Assembly (NCBI GenBank): GCA_036268475.1
Contig: DATAUB010000035.1
Coordinates: forward strand, 254,171 to 318,170
Origin: Bryobacteraceae bacterium
Lineage (GTDB): Bacteria; Acidobacteriota; Terriglobia; Bryobacterales; Bryobacteraceae
Direction of reading: 5' to 3'
Length of the DNA: 64,000 nt
A program made the translations under genes and the position numbers. The notes beneath the pieces are model-generated. The model did not search any database. It was not told where the DNA came from and saw only the letters and a list, made by a program, of their open reading frames with translations. Each line of letters begins with the position of its first letter. The first letter of the stretch is position 1. Positions 47,647 to 55,955 of this stretch are shown here, piece by piece.

Positions 47647-48711
47647 ATGCCCAGCTACCAGACGCGTCCCGACGAGCTGATTGTCATTGCCGGCGCCGGC
47701 GGATTCATCGGCGGCGCTCTCACCCGTCACTTCCACCAGCGCGGATTCACCCGCATTCGCGCCGTCGACCGCAAACCCCTGCACGATTGGTATCAGCTTG
47801 TGGACGGCGTGGAATGCCTGTCGCTCGACCTCAGCGAAAAAGCGAACGCCATCCGCGCCGCCGAAGGAGCGGTGGAAGTCTACAACTTCGCTGCCGACAT
47901 GGGCGGCATGGGATTCATCGAACGCTTCCGCGTCGAGTGCCTGCGCAGCGTCCTCATCAACACGCACCTCATCGACGCGGCGTGCATGGCCGGCGCGCGG
48001 CGCTACTTCTTCTCTTCCTCCGCCTGCGCGTACAATACCGACCTGCAGAAGGATCCGCATGTCCGCGGCCTCAAGGAGTCGGACGCATACCCGGCGATGG
48101 CGGAGCGCGGCTACGGCTGGGAGAAGCTGATCTCGGAAATGTTTTGCCAGGAATATTGGGCGGAACGCGGACTGGAAACGCATATCGCGCGCTTCCACAA
48201 TATCTACGGCCCGCTGGGGACGTGGTTCGGCGGGCGCGAGAAGGCCCCGGCGGCGATCTGCCGCAAAGCCCTCGAAGCCATCGACTCCGGCGACCTCTCC
48301 ATCGAGATCTGGGGAGACGGCACGCAGACGCGCAGCTTCTGCTACATCGACGATTGCGTGGCTGGAATCGACCGCATCATGCACAGCGAAAGGCTGATCG
48401 CGACGCCCGTCAATCTCGGGTCCACCGAACTGATCTCTGTCGACGACCTGGTTAGTATGGTGGAGGAAATCGCCGGCGTGAAACTCGCGCGCCGATACGA
48501 TCTGGCAGCGCCCAAGGGCGTGGCCGGCCGCAACAGCGATAACACCTTCATCCGTGAAGTGCTGGGCTGGGAGCCAGCGACCCTGCTGCAAACCGGCATG
48601 GCGCGGACCTACGAGTGGATTGCGCGCCAGTTCGGCGATCGCAAAGCGGGAAAGCGCGTGGTGGATGATGCCATGCGAGTGAGCGCGCGGCGGCCGGAAA
48701 AAGCGGCGTAA
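47647..48711 (+). CDS. GDP-mannose 3,5-epimerase-like NAD-dependent epimerase
   Basis: Close to plant GME from memory: AADMGGMGFI, FFSSSACAY, LKESDAYPA, RFHNIYGPLGTWFGGREKAPAAICRKA, WGDGTQTRSFCYIDDCV, GVAGRNSDN. Start at the ATG at 47647. Confidence 0.8.
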   Translation: MPSYQTRPDELIVIAGAGGFIGGALTRHFHQRGFTRIRAVDRKPLHDWYQLVDGVECLSLDLSEKANAIRAAEGAVEVYNFAADMGGMGFIERFRVECLRSVLINTHLIDAACMAGARRYFFSSSACAYNTDLQKDPHVRGLKESDAYPAMAERGYGWEKLISEMFCQEYWAERGLETHIARFHNIYGPLGTWFGGREKAPAAICRKALEAIDSGDLSIEIWGDGTQTRSFCYIDDCVAGIDRIMHSERLIATPVNLGSTELISVDDLVSMVEEIAGVKLARRYDLAAPKGVAGRNSDNTFIREVLGWEPATLLQTGMARTYEWIARQFGDRKAGKRVVDDAMRVSARRPEKAA

Positions 48712-49085
48712 CGCTGCTCCTCCCGGTTCGCGCGGAACCGCGGGGCACGATCCGGTCCGCTCCGCCGACCCAATCGGCCCGCTCTACCAGCAGTGCGCCG
48801 CCACATGCGAACACTACGCCCGCTTGCGTACGCCGAGAGCTCCGGCCAATTCCCGCCACATTTACGATCTACTTCTCACCCTAGATCCGGCGGTTGGGGC
48901 AGCCAGCGTCCGCTACTCGCGTATTGCGGCAAGCAATTGGAGAAGCTGCCGTTGTCACCCGGACGGTGATCTGCGCCGCACTTGGAAACTGGCGACGGCA
49001 AACGCCCGAGGCGATGGATTGTGTCCCGCCACTGCCGGATTTAGGCTCACGGGACCGCAGACTGGCGTAAAAGCGTTGCGCCGCA

Positions 49086-50126
49086 TCAGCCGCGCGTCAC
49101 AAAGCGGAAGAAGAGCGCCGGTTTGGCCACTGGTTCCGCCTTGGCGGTAAGCGCCGTCATCTGGTGCTTGCTGAGCGGAGTAAATTCGCGCGCCAGTTGC
49201 ACGTTCTGCTCCAGCTGCTGAATGGAATCGCAGCCGATAATCACCGTGCTCACCGGCAGTGACAGCGTGAAATACATGGCCTCGCGCATGTCCAGCGTGC
49301 CCGGCTGGGTGGCGATCACGGCGCCTTCCCAGGAATGCTGTTGGGCTTCGAGCGGCGGCGGATTCCAGGTCTTCAGCAGCCGGCTACGCCCCGGCACCTT
49401 CATCCCGATGATCCCCATCTTCTTCTCGACGGCCAGCGGCAGCAGTGCTTCCTCGAAACTGAAGTGGTGTGAATCGGCGGCGTTCAGCGCCATCAGAATG
49501 GTATCGAAGGGGTAGCGGCGAATGCCCTCGGCGAGCGCGTCCGGCCGGTAATGGCCGGTCAGCCCCAGATGGCGCACGATCTTCTGCTCGTGCGCCTGGC
49601 GCAGTGCTTCCATTGCCCCGCCTTTGGCGAAAACCGCATCGACATCCTCCATCAGGCCGATATCGTGCAGTTGCCAGAGGTCGAGATGATCGGTCTGCAG
49701 CAGCTTGAGCGACTCCTCCAACATGCGCCAGGAGCCCTCCCGCGTGCGTTCTTTGGTCTTACTAGCCAGAAACGCTTCCGAACGGCGGCGCCGCATCACC
49801 TGCCCGATATATCGCTCGCTCCAGCGCTTCGGACCGCCATAAATCGACGACGTGTCGAGGTAATTGACGCCCAGATCGAGCGCCCGTTCGACGATCGGCA
49901 CGGCCACCGCGTCGCTGTCGGCATGTTCGAGCGCGGCCTGGCCGCCCAGGCTGAAAATCCCGACGCGATATCCGGTCTGCCCCAGATTGCGGGTCGGCAT
50001 GGCCGGTTTGGCAGCGGCCTTAGTGGGTGTTTGCGCGTTGGCCGTGTGGCCCAGCAGACCTGCGGCCGCGGTACCGCCGAATTTCAGGAACGAGCGCCGG
50101 CCGGCGCCACCGGAGGACTTCTTCAT
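49086..50126 (-). CDS. Tat-exported aldo/keto reductase
   Basis: RRSFLKFGGTAAAGLLG twin-arginine signal. AKR motifs GVNYLDTSSIYG and LDLWQLHD. Confidence 0.85.
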   Translation of the reverse strand: MKKSSGGAGRRSFLKFGGTAAAGLLGHTANAQTPTKAAAKPAMPTRNLGQTGYRVGIFSLGGQAALEHADSDAVAVPIVERALDLGVNYLDTSSIYGGPKRWSERYIGQVMRRRRSEAFLASKTKERTREGSWRMLEESLKLLQTDHLDLWQLHDIGLMEDVDAVFAKGGAMEALRQAHEQKIVRHLGLTGHYRPDALAEGIRRYPFDTILMALNAADSHHFSFEEALLPLAVEKKMGIIGMKVPGRSRLLKTWNPPPLEAQQHSWEGAVIATQPGTLDMREAMYFTLSLPVSTVIIGCDSIQQLEQNVQLAREFTPLSKHQMTALTAKAEPVAKPALFFRFVTRG

Positions 50127-50244
50127 ACGCAGATTATAGCGGCAGGCACTCCCGGTATCCCGTCCTTTTTACCGGTCGGCCCTAGCCGAACGGCCGATGT
50201 GCCGCATGGCCCCGGCGCGGCATCCTGAAATCACAGGAGTTTTC

Positions 50245-51126
50245 ATGGCAAACGAACTAACGGTGTTTTCGACGGAGTTGGCTGACGTAGTGGGGAGAGT
50301 GGGGAAATCGGTAGTGGCTGTGGATGCGCGGCCGCGGTTCGGATCGAGCGGCGTATTCTGGCGTCCTGGGATCGTGGTCACGGCGGAGCACACCATCCGG
50401 CGCGAGGAGGAGATCGAAATCGCGCTGCCCGACGGCAAAACCGCTACCGCGACCGTCGCCGGCAGCGATCCCGGTACGGATATCGCGGTGCTGAAGGTGG
50501 AAGGCCACGACGGCGAAGCGCCCAAGCTGGCATCCGGCGACCCGGCGCCCGGCAACCTGGCGCTGGCCATCGGGCGCTCGCCCGATTCGGGGGTGAACGC
50601 GACCCTGGGGATCGTGAGCGCGGTCGGCCCGTCATGGCGCACCTGGCGCGGTGGCCGGCTCGACCACTACATCCGGCTCGACCTGACCATGTACCCGGCA
50701 TCCTCGGGCGGGCTGGTGGTTAACACCAACGGTGAGGCGATCGGCATTGCCACGTCGGCGCTCTCGCGCATCGCTGGGCTGGCGATCCCGGCATCGACGG
50801 TGAATCGTGTGGTGGACGAAATTCTTTCCCGCGGGCACGTGGCGCGCGGCTACCTGGGGGTGGGGCTGCAACCGGTGGAGTTGCCCGATCATCAGAAAGG
50901 TCTGATCGTGTTATCGCTCGAGCCCGAAGGGCCGGCGGCGAAAGCGGGAGTGCTGATCGGCGACGTGCTGGTCTCGCTCGGCGGGACTGCGGTGAGCGAT
51001 ACGGACGATATCCAGAGCGTGCTCGAAGGCCACGCGGTGGGGCAGACGATCGATGCCGGCGTGGTACGCGGCGGCGCGGCAGTGACGATCGCGGTGGTGG
51101 TGGGGGAGCGGTCCCGGAGGAACTGA
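50245..51126 (+). CDS. S1C (HtrA-like) trypsin-fold serine protease with PDZ, no signal peptide
   Basis: His in VVTAEHTI, Asp in TDIAVLKV, and Ser in an atypical PASSGGLVV. PDZ domain GYLGVGLQPV...GPAAKAGVLIGDVLVSLGG. Confidence 0.8.
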   Translation: MANELTVFSTELADVVGRVGKSVVAVDARPRFGSSGVFWRPGIVVTAEHTIRREEEIEIALPDGKTATATVAGSDPGTDIAVLKVEGHDGEAPKLASGDPAPGNLALAIGRSPDSGVNATLGIVSAVGPSWRTWRGGRLDHYIRLDLTMYPASSGGLVVNTNGEAIGIATSALSRIAGLAIPASTVNRVVDEILSRGHVARGYLGVGLQPVELPDHQKGLIVLSLEPEGPAAKAGVLIGDVLVSLGGTAVSDTDDIQSVLEGHAVGQTIDAGVVRGGAAVTIAVVVGERSRRN

Positions 51127-51127
51127 C

Positions 51128-51925
51128 ATGCCTGAATTCGGAGAGATTGCCGAACGGTTGCGCCGTTCCACCGTGCAGGTATTCGCGCACGGTCACGAAG
51201 GCGGCGGCTCGGGAGTGATCTGGAACTCCGAGGGCCGCATTCTAACCAATGCACATGTGGCGCGGTCCGAAAAAGCTGACGTGGTGTTGTGGGACGGCCG
51301 GCGCCTGGCCGCGCGGCTGGTTGCGCGCGACGCGCGGCGCGATCTGGCGGAGCTGAAGGTGGCGGAGTCGGGGCTGCCGGCAGCGGCGGCGGGCGATTCC
51401 GACGCGCTGCGGCCAGGCGAACTGGCGATCGCCATCGGCAGCCCGCTGGGGTTCGCCGGCGCGCTGTCCACAGGGGTGGTTCACTCTGTGGGGCGGATCG
51501 CCGGCATGGGACGCGAACGCTGGGTGGGCGCCAGCGTGCGCCTGGCGCCGGGTAATTCCGGCGGCCCGCTGGCCGATGCGCGCGGGCGCGTGATCGGCAT
51601 CAATACGGCTATCGTCAACGGACTGGGAGTGGCGGTGCCCTCGAACGCGGCGGCCGATTTTGTACGGCGCGGAGCGCGGCCGTCGCTGGGGGTGACGCTG
51701 CAGCCGGTTTCACATGGCATGCAGATCGTGTCGCTTGACCCGGACGGCGCGGCCGCCGCGGCATCGCTGCGCCCAGGCGACATTCTGGTGGGCACGCATG
51801 ACCGCCTGCTGGACATGCTCGATTCCGGCCAGGATACGCTGCGGCTGCCCTTCTTCCGCGGCGATACCGCGCGCCTGCGCGAAGTGTTGGTGCGGGTGGC
51901 GGCGCGGCGGGCGGAGGCGGCGTGA
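51128..51925 (+). CDS. S1C (HtrA-like) trypsin-fold serine protease with a short PDZ, no signal peptide
   Basis: [16 protein letters not shown] and a canonical GNSGGPLAD. Begins 1 nt after the upstream stop. Confidence 0.8.
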   Translation: MPEFGEIAERLRRSTVQVFAHGHEGGGSGVIWNSEGRILTNAHVARSEKADVVLWDGRRLAARLVARDARRDLAELKVAESGLPAAAAGDSDALRPGELAIAIGSPLGFAGALSTGVVHSVGRIAGMGRERWVGASVRLAPGNSGGPLADARGRVIGINTAIVNGLGVAVPSNAAADFVRRGARPSLGVTLQPVSHGMQIVSLDPDGAAAAASLRPGDILVGTHDRLLDMLDSGQDTLRLPFFRGDTARLREVLVRVAARRAEAA

Positions 51926-52527
51926 TCAAACTCGCGATCGCGGCCGAATCCGCGGTCGTACGGGCCGGACTGGAGGCGCTGGTGGCCTCGCATTCCGGCA
52001 TCGATCTGGCGGGCGCCTATCCGGACCTCGCTGCGGTGGAAACACTGCGTCCGGATGTGGTGCTCGCCGCTCTTTCACTCGACGATCTCGCTCCGCCGGC
52101 CGACGGCTTCGCGCCGGCCATCGTGCTGCTGACCAGTGAGCGGCATCCGGCGTGGTCGCAGGAGGCCATGCGAATGGGGGTGCGCGCGCTGCTTTCGCGC
52201 GACGCCTCCGCGGCGGAGATTCTGGCAGCGGTGGAAGCGGCCGCCAGTGGAATGGCGGTGGTGGATCCGCGCGATCTGGAGACTCTGCTGGGGGCGAACG
52301 TCTCAGCCGCGCCCGCGGCGGCGGAGGTACATACGCTGACGGCGCGCGAACTGGAGGTGCTCCGCATGATGGCGGAAGGCGCAGCCAATAAAGCGATCGC
52401 GTGGAAGCTGGGGATCTCCGACCACACCGTGAAGTTCCACGTGGCCTCCATCCTGGCGAAACTGAACGCCGGCAGCCGTACCGAAGCGGTCACCATCGGG
52501 GTGCGAAAGGGGCTGATTTTGCTGTGA
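51922..52527 (+). CDS. LuxR-family regulator with a degenerate (pseudo-)receiver domain
   Basis: C-terminal [43 protein letters not shown]. The N-terminal REC-like fold lacks the acidic pair (AIAAES) and the phospho-acceptor Asp (DVVLAAL). 4-nt overlap with the protease gene. Confidence 0.8.
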   Translation: MIKLAIAAESAVVRAGLEALVASHSGIDLAGAYPDLAAVETLRPDVVLAALSLDDLAPPADGFAPAIVLLTSERHPAWSQEAMRMGVRALLSRDASAAEILAAVEAAASGMAVVDPRDLETLLGANVSAAPAAAEVHTLTARELEVLRMMAEGAANKAIAWKLGISDHTVKFHVASILAKLNAGSRTEAVTIGVRKGLILL

Positions 52528-52562
52528 TCTTCGGACAAGCTGGAGCATGTCCTGCGCAGGAA

Positions 52563-53627
52563 TCACTGCTCCATCTTGTAATCTTTGAAGTCGTCGAGCA
52601 CGCATTTCTCCATGGCGCGTGCGGCGCGCAGCAGCCAACCGCCGGGACGCTTCTTCAAATCCGCCAGCAGGACTTTCGGCTTGCCGGTCCCTAAATGGAT
52701 GTTGGCCGTTTCCCAGCCCATGGCATGCAGCAGGCGCATTTCGTCGCGCTCCTTGGGGAGCGCCGAAAGCTCAATGCGCGAACAATCGGGCGCCAGGCGC
52801 CGGACAATCCAGCGCTTCTGCAGGCGCACGAAGGGATCGCGGGACCGGATCGCCTCATCCAGCATTTCCTGGTAGAGGATAGGCGCCGTGCCTTTTCCCT
52901 TCTCCGCCCACAAGCAGGCCGAGGGCGCCAACGCTTTGGCCTCGCGCGCCACCGATCCGCCGCGCCATTCGGCCAGCGCCACGAAGCGCTGCCGGCCCAA
53001 GCTGCCCAAGCCCGCCACGCGATGGGCCGCGCGCCAGCGCATGCCGCGCTCGGGCATCATATGGTCGAACGCTTTATTGGCGGCTGCCGGGCCGGGTTCG
53101 GTGGATTCCTGCAGGGCGTGCAGCTTAGCCCAATAATCCTCCGGATCGTGCAGGCGTGCGGTAGCCATCTGCCGCAGCGAGGTGTGGTGCTCTGCCAGCA
53201 CGATCGGCCGTCCGCCGACTTCCAGCGCCTCGCTATAACCGGCGAGAATGGCGCCGATGCCGGCCTTCTGGTCGCACGTCATCTCGGCCATGAGCGCGCT
53301 GGTGGCCAGGCGGATCAAGTCGTTGGTGTACGGCAGCCGCCAGGCCTCGTCGAAATCGTTGATGCCCCACACCAGGCGGCCCTCGATATCGCGCCAGGTA
53401 CCGAAATTCTCCACATGCAGATCGCCGACCGCGAGCACGCGCGGGGCGCGGGCGGCGTCGCCGCACTCCGCCGTCCACACCTGCGCCCAGCGGTAAAACG
53501 TGGCGCGCAAGAACGGGAAGGGCGCGGTGCGCATTTGTTCGTGCTTGAACTCCAGGTCCGGTTCGATGATGCGCAGATGCCTGGCGAGCCAGGCTTCGTA
53601 TCTTTCGGTGGCTTTCCGGATGTTCAT
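52563..53627 (-). CDS. DUF2252-domain protein
   Basis: FPFLRATFYRW...GDLHVENFGTW...WGINDFDEA. Confidence 0.8.
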   Translation of the reverse strand: MNIRKATERYEAWLARHLRIIEPDLEFKHEQMRTAPFPFLRATFYRWAQVWTAECGDAARAPRVLAVGDLHVENFGTWRDIEGRLVWGINDFDEAWRLPYTNDLIRLATSALMAEMTCDQKAGIGAILAGYSEALEVGGRPIVLAEHHTSLRQMATARLHDPEDYWAKLHALQESTEPGPAAANKAFDHMMPERGMRWRAAHRVAGLGSLGRQRFVALAEWRGGSVAREAKALAPSACLWAEKGKGTAPILYQEMLDEAIRSRDPFVRLQKRWIVRRLAPDCSRIELSALPKERDEMRLLHAMGWETANIHLGTGKPKVLLADLKKRPGGWLLRAARAMEKCVLDDFKDYKMEQ

Positions 53628-53631
53628 ACGG

Positions 53632-54102
53632 TCACGCCGTCGCGGGCGTTAGCATCCATTTGAGCATACCTTGCGGCTCTGGCCCCAGCCGCTCGCAATC
53701 GATACGCAGGAGCGCCGCCTTTTTCATGTCGACGGCGAGCGACGGGCTGGCCAGCAGAAAGGACGCCAGCGAACTCATCAGCGGCTGGTGGCTCGCCAAC
53801 AGAATGGCCTCCTTCTCCGGGCGCTTGCGAAGCTCCTCCCAGGTGTCGTAGGGTGACGCATCGGGCAGCAGTTCGCGCACCTTCACCACCGCACCGTGGT
53901 AGTGCAGCACTTCGGCGGCGATCCCAGCGGTCTCCAGGGCGCGGCGGTAAGGGCTCGACAAGATGAGGCTGGGCGAGACGGAGGCATCGCGGGCGCGCAC
54001 CAGCACGCGGCGGAGCTTATCGCGGCCTTCGGGGGTGAGGGCGCGCTCGGAATCGGGCGTGCTGTTCTCGGCGATGCCGTGGCGAAGCAAATAAATCTGC
54101 AC
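53632..54102 (-). CDS. sixA: Phosphohistidine phosphatase SixA
   Basis: MQIYLLRHGIAE (RHG motif)...LTPEGR...SSPYRRALETA...ASHQP. Confidence 0.8.
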   Translation of the reverse strand: MQIYLLRHGIAENSTPDSERALTPEGRDKLRRVLVRARDASVSPSLILSSPYRRALETAGIAAEVLHYHGAVVKVRELLPDASPYDTWEELRKRPEKEAILLASHQPLMSSLASFLLASPSLAVDMKKAALLRIDCERLGPEPQGMLKWMLTPATA

Positions 54103-54144
54103 CAGCTATTTTACATCGGCGGGTATCTGCATGGAACGCTCCGG

Positions 54145-55254
54145 CTAATGCACCAGCTTGAGAATCATGCCGGTGTCAGTGGCCAGCCAGAGCTGGTCGC
54201 CGGAACCCGCGAGAATCGTACCGGTCGCCTCCGCGCGATAGTCCACCGGAATCGGCGCCCAGGTTTCGAGGTCGTGGCTGCTCATTACTTCCACCCGGCC
54301 GGGAATCACGCCGCGTAACTTTCCGCGCACCGCGGTGCCGGAAAGGTACCCCGTTCCATCGGGCGCCAGCCAGATATCGCTAACGTCGACGTTGGGGCCG
54401 CGGAAGGAGCTGGTCGGCTTTCCTCCCGGCCACTCGATGGAGTACACCTCGCTGGGATAGCGGAAGGACTCGTCGAAGCGCATCAGCTCCAGTCCTTTCC
54501 CTTCGGGCGCGAAGCGGACGCGGGCGATGGCCCCGAACAAGGACGCCGAGGCGGCCGTCCAGTTGGCGCCGGCGTCCGACGTGGTCAGGGTATAAGACAG
54601 ATGCGGCCGCGCCCGCTGGCGCAGGGCGGTCTCGGGATCCATCCAGTCGGGCAATGCGGCTTCGAACGGATCGGGCGGAATGTTCCAGCCGGTGATGAGT
54701 CCGTTGTGCGGCGTCGCGAAAGCAATCCAGGTATAGGCGCTGTACTCGAGATCTTCGTTTTCCCCGGCGGCAGCGGCCGCCAGCGGGCTCCAGGTCTGGC
54801 CACCGTCGAGAGTTTCCAGCGCGGTCTTCTTCGGCCCGACCGCATAGCCGTGCGTCTCGTCCAGGAAGTAAACGCGGAAGATCTCTTCAGGGACTTTGGC
54901 GAGTTTGGTCCAGCTCCTGCCGGCTTCCACAGTCCGCCACAGGCCCTTGGTCGTCACTAGCCAACCGAGATTTTCATTCAGAAAAAAGAGCGAAACGGGG
55001 CGTTCCTTTAACGCGACTGTCTGCCAATGGAGGCCGCCATCGGCCGTCACCACCGAGCTCGGCTCCTCATGCCTGGCGTCGCGAATCACCCCTACCGCAA
55101 CGCCGCGCACGGCGGATGGGAACTGCATGTCGCAAATCGCGAAGGTGGACTTATTGTGGTCGTAAAAATACTGCACGTCCCACTTCTGGGCGAGCGCGGG
55201 AAGTGCGGCCGCCGCCAGAAGCCAGAGCCCGAAGATCGGCCGGCCGAAAGTCAC
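54145..55254 (-). CDS. Secreted Ycf48/BNR-like beta-propeller protein
   Basis: Signal peptide, then Asp-box-like repeats DGGLHWQTV, EAGRSWTKL, DGGQTWSPL and DAGANWTAA. Confidence 0.7.
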   Translation of the reverse strand: MTFGRPIFGLWLLAAAALPALAQKWDVQYFYDHNKSTFAICDMQFPSAVRGVAVGVIRDARHEEPSSVVTADGGLHWQTVALKERPVSLFFLNENLGWLVTTKGLWRTVEAGRSWTKLAKVPEEIFRVYFLDETHGYAVGPKKTALETLDGGQTWSPLAAAAAGENEDLEYSAYTWIAFATPHNGLITGWNIPPDPFEAALPDWMDPETALRQRARPHLSYTLTTSDAGANWTAASASLFGAIARVRFAPEGKGLELMRFDESFRYPSEVYSIEWPGGKPTSSFRGPNVDVSDIWLAPDGTGYLSGTAVRGKLRGVIPGRVEVMSSHDLETWAPIPVDYRAEATGTILAGSGDQLWLATDTGMILKLVH

Positions 55255-55261
55255 TGTAGTC

Positions 55262-55858
55262 CTATTGTTTCATTGAAATCGGGCCCGAGGATAGCACCAG
55301 CTCCACGTGATTGGCGGTCTCCACGGCAGTGGGCGCCATGCGCGCCAGTACCAGCACGCAGCCGATCTGTTCGCCCACCGTGGTGAGCACTTCCATTTCG
55401 CCGCCGTTATGCTGATGCGGTATTCGATGCTGCACGTTCATCACGCCGACCACGCGATTGCGGGCGATCAAAGGCGCCGAAAGGAACGCCTCAAACGTGT
55501 CTTCTTCCAGTTCGCCGAACTTCTTGAAGCGCGGGTCCTTGTAAGCGTCGCGCGAAATGGCCAGCAGGCGCCGTTCGCGCGCTACCCACCCGGTGAGGCC
55601 TTCATTGGAACGCATGCGCACTTTGCCGATGGTGGATGGATGGGGCGTGTTGGAAGCGCACAGCACCAGGTCTTCGCCATCCAGAAGGTAGACCAGGCAG
55701 GAGTCGCATTGCGTGAATTCCACTACCAGGGAAACCACCCCTTGCAGCACTTCCTGCAGGCTCAATTCGCGAACCATGAAGCGGCTGATCTTCTGAAACA
55801 GGCGCAACTGCTGCTCGGTCCTTTGCAGGCGCAGTTCGAGATCCTTGGCTTTCGGCAC
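55262..55858 (-). CDS. GAF-domain protein
   Basis: An N-terminal coiled coil followed by a GAF pattern (CDSCLVYLLDGEDLVL...EGLTGWVARERRLL...SAPLIARNRVVGVMNV). GTG start. Confidence 0.8.
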   Translation of the reverse strand: MPKAKDLELRLQRTEQQLRLFQKISRFMVRELSLQEVLQGVVSLVVEFTQCDSCLVYLLDGEDLVLCASNTPHPSTIGKVRMRSNEGLTGWVARERRLLAISRDAYKDPRFKKFGELEEDTFEAFLSAPLIARNRVVGVMNVQHRIPHQHNGGEMEVLTTVGEQIGCVLVLARMAPTAVETANHVELVLSSGPISMKQ

Positions 55859-55955
55859 GATCTTATTATAGCTTTGGGTGGCGAGCGCACCCGCACCCGG
55901 TGTTAGAAGGTACGCGCTGCCGCCCGCCAGACGGACCTCAGTCTGCTTTTAGCCT

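Noticed and set aside
48712-49085. 374-nt non-coding gap between the convergent epimerase and aldo/keto reductase genes, examined for a small gene, terminator or RNA.
   Set aside because: Only Arg-rich spurious ORFs and a 5-bp hairpin (ggttc...gaacc near 48735) were found. There is no U-tract and no recognisable RNA motif, so nothing can be supported without comparative data.
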